Source of the DNA: an uncultured Chthonomonadaceae bacterium
GTDB lineage: Bacteria > Armatimonadota > Chthonomonadetes > Chthonomonadales > Chthonomonadaceae
Length of the DNA: 64,000 bases
Assembly: GCA_963817895.1 (NCBI GenBank)
Contig: CAWFQB010000014.1
Coordinates: forward strand, 128,001 to 192,000
Direction of reading: 5' to 3'
Shown here: positions 58,176 to 64,000 of the stretch, piece after piece
How positions within the stretch are numbered: position 1 is the first letter of the stretch
Layout: each line of letters begins with the position of its first letter
Position numbers and translations under genes: made by a program
The notes under the pieces: generated by a model
The model's database searches: none
What the model was told of the DNA's origin: nothing
What the model saw: only the letters and a program-made list of their open reading frames with translations

Positions 58176-59792
58176 TTATGGCAGGTCGTCGGGATCAATG
58201 GGCGGTTTGCCGTTGGGAAGGGTTTTGACGGGCGGTTTGGGCAGGGCGGGGGCGGTCGCTATAGCTTGAACAGGAACGCTGAGAAGGTAAGTCCCTATCC
58301 ATGCGGTGAGGATGCCATTGCCCGGTTTGCTGGCCGTGAAGACGCCCTGTTGGGATAGGAAGCCAAAACCGTCCGCCGTACCCCATACTACGTTTTGGGC
58401 GGGAATAGGCTTGTTATCGCCGTCCAGAACTTGAAAGCGGATTGGTTCGCCCACGCGGGCAGGAACGCCCGTCATGTTAAACGGCGCGATATGCAATCCC
58501 GCCGTATTCATGTTTTCGGGAACATTGCCGTAGATGAGCAGGCCGTCCGCTACCGCGCGTTCGCGTCCGTCCGAAGGAGAGTTGACGACGCTGCCGCCGA
58601 TAACCATTGTGCTGGAACCGCCGCCGTCGAAGTTCATGGCGTTGACCGCGCCCAGCCGCTTCATAATAGCGGCCATCTCGCTTAATGACGCGCCCTGACT
58701 CCATTTTGCGCGGCCATCTACTGTAACGAGCAGGAGATTGCCTTTCGCATCCACTCCCGCAGCGGTGCGCGGGTGTCGCTTGTCAATAAAATCGGCTTTT
58801 TCAAATCCTTCGGCTTCGCCGTCTACGGCGATTTGGCCGTTACGCACCAGAAACGGCCCGCCGCCAACCGCCTGCTCTACATCCGTCCAGACCGGCACGA
58901 AACGACCCATACGGGAAAAGTCGGCGCGGGAAGCGTATTTACCGCGAGACGGTGGGGCGGCATTTGGAGTGACATCGAAGCGGAATTTGAGCGTGTCGCC
59001 CTGTTTGCAATGCGCGGAAATCCAACTCGCGCCGTTGCCAACCATGACGATTTGTACATTATGTCCGGTTGTTTGTGAAAGCGTTTCGCCCGAACCGATG
59101 GGCGCAATGGTATCCACAACGCCCTCAACGGTTTGTCCTAGTTTAATGGGAAGGGCGGCATCTCGCAGCGTTATCGCGACGCCGTTCTTTTCGATGGCAG
59201 GGGTTGCTGTGTAGGAAGGAGTCAGAACAATGGCGTCGCTGTCATGGGGAACGCGGTTGATGCCCGAAAGGTTCAGGGTCGCGCCATCCGGGGCGAGCAG
59301 GACGCCAACGGGAAGCAGCACCTCCATCTGAATTCCCTGTTTGCCGATGCCCATTGCGACGCGATTGCTGGAGGGTTCGCTGAGAAGTTCGCCGTCGCGT
59401 ATCGAAAGACCGAGCGGGTCGCCGGTAAATGGAAAGAAATCCGCGTTGACGGCGGCAATGGCGCGGTGACGAATGGCAAGACTGTGCATCCCCTCGCGCC
59501 CTTTTTCCGCGCCGGCAAGTGAAATCGTATCCTGTGCCTGCCCGGTTTGAACGCGCACACCGGGGGCGTTCAGATCAATGCGCAGAATGTTGATAAGTAG
59601 AGGCGCGTTTCCCGTTGTCACCTCCTGCGAGTAGACAATGCCGGGGGCAAGGGCGTGGGTTGTGGTTTGCGCAGAGCAGAGGGAGGCAAGAGCGGCAACC
59701 AGAGAAAGAAGCAGGCAAACCACGCCGGAAAATCTAATTTTCAAGGAGAAAGCAGTCACGACCGGAAGCCTTTCAAACACGAGCAACGTCAA
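58176..59792 (-). CDS. Secreted phosphodiester glycosidase (NAGPA-like) family protein
   Basis: Signal peptide, then AAVNADFF, AVGGGP.LV.NG, RHPRTAAG, LVTVDGR, AMNFDGGGSS and NSPSDG.ER.V. Confidence 0.9.
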   Translation of the reverse strand: MTLLVFERLPVVTAFSLKIRFSGVVCLLLSLVAALASLCSAQTTTHALAPGIVYSQEVTTGNAPLLINILRIDLNAPGVRVQTGQAQDTISLAGAEKGREGMHSLAIRHRAIAAVNADFFPFTGDPLGLSIRDGELLSEPSSNRVAMGIGKQGIQMEVLLPVGVLLAPDGATLNLSGINRVPHDSDAIVLTPSYTATPAIEKNGVAITLRDAALPIKLGQTVEGVVDTIAPIGSGETLSQTTGHNVQIVMVGNGASWISAHCKQGDTLKFRFDVTPNAAPPSRGKYASRADFSRMGRFVPVWTDVEQAVGGGPFLVRNGQIAVDGEAEGFEKADFIDKRHPRTAAGVDAKGNLLLVTVDGRAKWSQGASLSEMAAIMKRLGAVNAMNFDGGGSSTMVIGGSVVNSPSDGRERAVADGLLIYGNVPENMNTAGLHIAPFNMTGVPARVGEPIRFQVLDGDNKPIPAQNVVWGTADGFGFLSQQGVFTASKPGNGILTAWIGTYLLSVPVQAIATAPALPKPPVKTLPNGKPPIDPDDLP

Positions 59793-59896
59793 CTGACACT
59801 AAAAATTGCCTGCTTGATAGACGGAACTGGACGGGAAACATTGCATTGAAGCCCGCGTTTGGCGTACAATGACAACGTTTGCAGCGCAACAGTCCG

Positions 59897-60238
59897 ATGA
59901 CACTGATTTTACACGCGCTGACAGGCAGAACAGAACAGGTTTCAGCAAAGGCAGGCGTCAGGTTGGATACGCCAAAATTGAACATCAAAGAGCCGACTGC
60001 GGGTTCGCGCTGCGCGTATTGCGGCAGCGCGGAACTGTCGAGCCTGCCGATTTATGCGGTCGGGCTGCGGCCTTGCGTACCGCGGCGATTCGCGGACGAT
60101 GTAATGTGCCGTCGCTGCGGGCGCATGGGGCCGCCGGTTTATACGGGTAATGCAACGCAAAACCGCCTGCGAAGGACACGCAGACGGCGGAGAGAAGCGG
60201 CGTACAAAATCCGCTTAAATCGGAGTGACAGGATTTGA
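59897..60238 (+). CDS. Small hypothetical protein with two CxxC pairs (possible zinc ribbon)
   Basis: CAYC...CRRC in the only sizeable gap. The 3' end overlaps tRNA-Pro on the opposite strand, so the extent is doubtful. Confidence 0.4.
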   Translation: MTLILHALTGRTEQVSAKAGVRLDTPKLNIKEPTAGSRCAYCGSAELSSLPIYAVGLRPCVPRRFADDVMCRRCGRMGPPVYTGNATQNRLRRTRRRRREAAYKIRLNRSDRI

Positions 60239-60292
60239 ACCTGCGACCTCATCGTCCCAAACGACGCGCGCTACCAACTGCGCCACACTCCG
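60220..60292 (-). tRNA. tRNA-Pro(TGG)
   Basis: CGGAGTG TG GCGC AGTTGGTA GCGC G CGTCG TTTGGGA CGATG AGGTC GCAGG TTCAAAT CCTGT CACTCCG A. Canonical cloverleaf; CCA is not encoded. Confidence 0.97.
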
Positions 60293-60323
60293 GCTGTTCC
60301 CCGTATTATCAGGGACGCCTTGT

Positions 60324-60352
60324 ATTATATTCCAGCCGGGGGCGGAAGTCAA
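60324..60352 (-). promoter_or_regulatory. Sigma70 promoter of tRNA-Pro
   Basis: On the minus strand TTGACT (60352-60347), 17 nt, TATAAT (60329-60324). Confidence 0.8.
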
Positions 60353-60433
60353 GGCCGAAGTGAAATTGATTGCTTGAAAGTGAGAGGAGCTGATGTTGAC
60401 AGCAAAGTGATGTATGGTATCGGACCCTGTGTC

Positions 60434-61772
60434 ATGACAGAGCGAGTAGCGGCACACGTTTGAAACAGGCTGGGGCGTTGGCATTGACTTTCGGGGTTGA
60501 TTGTGGCGGCACTGGGGACACGAGCGAACGCGCAGGAGAAAAAAACGTCCGCATGGCCGCCGCGAACGTTTCCGATTTCAGGATGGTGCAGCCCGCCGGA
60601 TGCGTTTATCACGGTTGAGCAGTATCGCCTGATGGCGGATGCGGGCCTGAATGTGGTCATGCCGCCGTGTGAGGGAGCGGCAAGCGTGGAGCGCAACCTC
60701 AAGATACTGGACACGGCAAAAGCGGCGGGTTTGAAAGCGATGATTGCCGATGCGCGGATGCCTCTGTCGCTGTCGGGCAATCCCACCGGTAAAGCCAGCC
60801 TGGACGCGATTGTGAAAGACTACAAGAAGCATCCCGCGCTGTTGGGGTATTTTCTTACGGACGAACCGGGCGCGGGCGGTTTCGTCGGATTGGGAGAAGT
60901 CGTCGCGTACCTGAAAGAGATAGACCCGGAACACGTAGCGTATATCAACCTGCTGCCGAATTACGCTACCAGCAATCAGCAGGCGGCGTCCAGCCAATTG
61001 GGAACAGATACCTATGATCAGTATCTGGACAAGTTTCTTCAAACGGTCAAGCCGGATGTGCTGAGTTACGACCATTACCATTTTCTTAAAGGTTCGGACC
61101 GTCCGGGCTTTATTGCCAATTTAGCCAGCGCGCAGCAGGCGACGGCAACCGGTTCGCCGTTTCAGCGCGCCACACCGTTCTGGCAAATCGTGCTTTCCGT
61201 AGAACACGGCCCGTACCGGATGTTGAATGAGAATGAACTGCGCTATGAAGCCATGCAGACACTGGTGTTTGGAGGGCAAGGGATTGGTTTATTTCACGTA
61301 CTGGCAGCCCAATGATCCCTCTTTTGTCTGGAAGAACTCAATCCTGAATCGGGATGGCACACCCGGCGCGTTGTACGAACCGGTTAAAAAAGTGAATCGC
61401 GAAGTCAAAGAACTGGCAAAGTGGCTGTATGGCGCAAGTTCGATGAAAGACCTATCTGACGGGTGAGGGCGCGAACGAGGGCACAGTATTCGGCAACGAG
61501 GTTCCTGTTCGTATCGCCGGTGAGGGAAACTTGAGCATCGGGCATGTTTCGGGACAGCAAAGGCTACATATACATGCTGTTCACGAACCGGGACTACGCA
61601 AAAGCCGTGACAACGAAAGCCATACTCAACGTGCTACAGCATCCGACAGAAATGCTCAACCTCGAAACAGGCAAATGGAAACTGCTCACTCAAGCCGCAC
61701 TCAAACGACGGAGAAATCACCTTTGATGTCGCGCTGCCTCCGGCGGGCGCGATGCTGGTCAGGTGGAAATAG
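60434..61772 (+). CDS. Secreted TIM-barrel glycoside hydrolase-like protein (several indels)
   Basis: Signal peptide ending ANA, then FPISGWC.PP, HPALLGYFLTDEP, YINLLPNYA, LSYDHY, PFWQIV and G.KG..YFTYW. Fragments continue to AMLVRWK* at 61772. Confidence 0.65.
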
Positions 61773-61905
61773 GATGTTAAGGTTTTAGGGTTCTATGTTT
61801 TTAGGGCTTTAGGTGAGTTAGTTGTAACGTTCAAACAGTAGTGGAACATCGTTATAACTACCAGCCAAGTTGAAATCATAGAACCCTAACACCCTAAAAC
61901 CCTAA
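61773..61905. repeat. Inverted arrays of 8-bp tandem repeats between convergent genes
   Basis: Left arm ...GGTTTTAGGGTTCTATG..., right arm CATAGAACCCTAACACCCTAAAACC. The same CCCTAAAA-type unit flanks the MITE at 11160-11289. Confidence 0.7.
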
Positions 61906-61909
61906 TCAC

Positions 61910-62828
61910 CTACTTCCCAACCATTGAGCGCAGGGCGAACATCAGGTTGGCGGGGCGTTCGGCCATGCGGCGCATCATGTAGGGATACCAGTGGGTGCCG
62001 AAGGGCGTGTAGACGCGAACATTATAGCCGTCGCGCCGCAATTGAACCTGAACATCGCGGCGGACTCCGTACAGCATCTGGAACTCGTAACGCGAAGTGG
62101 GAATGTTGTTGGTTTCCGCGTAGGCTTGCGTGGCATCGATCATGCGGCTGTCGTGGGTGGCGATACCGGGATAGTTGCCGTGTTTGAGTAGCCGTTGCAT
62201 CAGGCGGATAAAGTTATTGTCCACTTCCTCTTTGTCCTGAAAGGCGACTGTAGGCGGTTCCTGATACGCGCCCTTGCACAGCCGAACGCGAACGCCGGAC
62301 GCGATGAGTTTTTCAATGTCGTCCGCGCTGCGATGCAGATAGGATTGAATGACGACGCCGACGTTTTTATGCGGTTCCGGCCCTTCCCATAGTTTGTAGA
62401 ACAGGTCGAGCGTCCGCTGCGTGTAATCGGAACCCTCCATGTCAATGCGGACGAACTGTTCCGGGCCGGCGGCGTTGAGCAGGCGCAGCATGTTGCGATA
62501 ACAGAGGTCCGGGTTTATGTCCAATCCGACAGAGGTGAGTTTGATGCTGACGTTGGCATCCAGTTTCTCCTGCTGAATGTGCTGAAACAGGCGCAGATAG
62601 GTGTCAATAACAGCGTTGACTTCCTGTTCCGTTGTCACGCTTTCGCCCAAGAAAGTCGAGCGAAGCGGTCAGTCCGAGACGATTCAGAACGCGCACGGGT
62701 TCAGTGATCTGCGCAAGGGTTTCCCCGGCGATAAAGCGTTTTGCCACATTCTGCCGCCTGCGGGTTGTGACGGGCAAAAGATTCGACGGATTTGTTGTTT
62801 GCCATTTGCAGCAAAACCGAACGCGCAA
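61910..62828 (-). CDS. Monofunctional proline dehydrogenase (indels in the 5' part)
   Basis: Motifs AKRFIAGET, SLDFLGE, VSIKLTS.GL, VRIDME, VIQSYL.RS, VRLCKGAY.EP, IATHD, EFQMLYG and WYPY.MRR.AERPAN. Confidence 0.92.
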
Positions 62829-62932
62829 TCATTAGTCAGCCTCCAAAAATGATACAAACAGTTGCAACCTGAATATTGGTACGCATTTCGAGAGGGAACA
62901 GGTTGCCGTATAAATAGCGAGGACGGAATAGT

Positions 62933-64000
62933 ATGATTTCAATCTATGATTTGGATACGCCTACGCTGCTGGTTGATTTGGATCGGCTGGAAGCGAATAT
63001 TGGGGATATGGCGACAGGCGGCGCAGGCTGGGCGGGAAGGGTTTGCGTCCGCACACAAAAACGCACAAGACGCCGGAAATTGCGCGGATGCAGTTGGCGG
63101 CGGGGGCGACTGGCATAACGGTCGCAAAATTGGGTGAGGCGGAAGTGTATGTGGATGCAGGGATCGACGACATTTTTGTTGCCAATGATCTGGTTGGGGA
63201 AGCGAAATACGCGCGATTGATTCCCTTGACGCGCCGCGCCCGAATTGTGGTGGGAATGGACAGTCTGGACGTGGCGCGACCTCTAGCGGCGGCGATGGAA
63301 AAAGCGGGGGTAACGTCTGGCGGTACGGATTGAAGTGGATTCGGGGCATGGACGCGCTGGAGTGGAAACAACGGAGGAAGCCTGCGAATTGGCGCGGTTT
63401 ATTGCGGACGCGCCCGGATTGGAATTGCAGGGAATATTTACGCATGAGGGGCATGTGTACGGCGCTACTGATTCGGACGAGCGCGGTCAGCGTTCGCGCA
63501 ATGCGGCGGCGCGGATGCGGGAAGTATCGGAAGCCTTGCGGATGCAGGGAACTCCGGTTATGGACATCAGCATGGGTTCTACGCCGGGAGCGATGTATCT
63601 GCCCGATGCGGTGGGCATCACGGAGATGCGTCCGGGCGTGTACGTGTTCAATGACCGGATGCAGGCCCGTTACGGGGCGAAACCGGAGCGGTGCGCCTTG
63701 ACCGTGTTGGCGACAGTGGTAAGCGCAAGAGCGGGCGGGCGGATCGTAATTGACGCGGGGAGCAAATCGCTGTCGAGTGATCGCCTGTCTGCGGATGGCG
63801 CGTTCGGGGAAGTCATGGAGCATCCTGAACTGACGTTTGTGGGCGCGAGCGAGGAGCATGGGCAACTGAACTGCGAGGGAGAGAACAGGCTGCGCGTGGG
63901 GGACAAACTGCGGATAATTCCGAACCATGCGTGTACCTGCGTGAACATGCACGATACCATGACGGCGTTTCGGGGTGAGCATGTCGAGGCCGTATGGAAT
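62933..64000 (+). CDS. Alanine racemase-fold PLP enzyme (D-threonine aldolase / DSD1-like), with indels, truncated by the window edge
   Basis: Motifs LDTPTLLVDLDRLEANI, RPHTKTHK and GITVAKLGEAEV. Read manually further on: GSTP, EMRPGVYVFND, DAGSKSL, EEHG and IIPNHAC. Confidence 0.9.

Noticed and set aside
60220..62828. tRNA-Pro near proline dehydrogenase as a proline module, or tRNA-Pro as an integration site
   Set aside because: They are separated by an unrelated gene on the other strand. No integrase or duplicated tRNA 3' end was seen.

Overview
A gene-dense bacterial chromosomal segment. Gene content suggests Armatimonadota: a PafA-type ligase, a DUF1559/H-X9-DG protein, BlaI/M56, futalosine-pathway mqnE and kdsB. 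This is an inference from gene content, not a database result. At least 16 genes, including housekeeping kdsB, mqnE and queA, are broken by 1-bp indels. These look like uncorrected assembly error, so most split ORFs are joined here as single genes. Product calls rest on motifs recognised by eye; no searches were run. The most interesting locus is on the minus strand at about 25711-23055. It reads: a Tyr/Ala/Thr-rich 39-aa leader ORF with a terminator/antiterminator pair, then two atypical tRNA genes (Ala-CGC and Tyr-GTA), then a DRB0094/Rnl5-type ATP-dependent RNA ligase. In this genome the ligase is split by an intact IS5-family element with 17-bp TIRs and a 3-bp TSD. This looks like a ribosome-sensed tRNA replace-and-repair module. 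Other notable items: an orphan pafA followed by a HEPN gene pair; a Nth-Nei-DNA ligase-DHH repair cluster; a DtxR-feoAB operon; a degenerate HsdR-N-like protein with an unexplained C-terminal domain; and many MITE/REP-like elements, some nested and some supplying stop codons or coding sequence to host genes. No CRISPR array, rRNA or prophage was seen.
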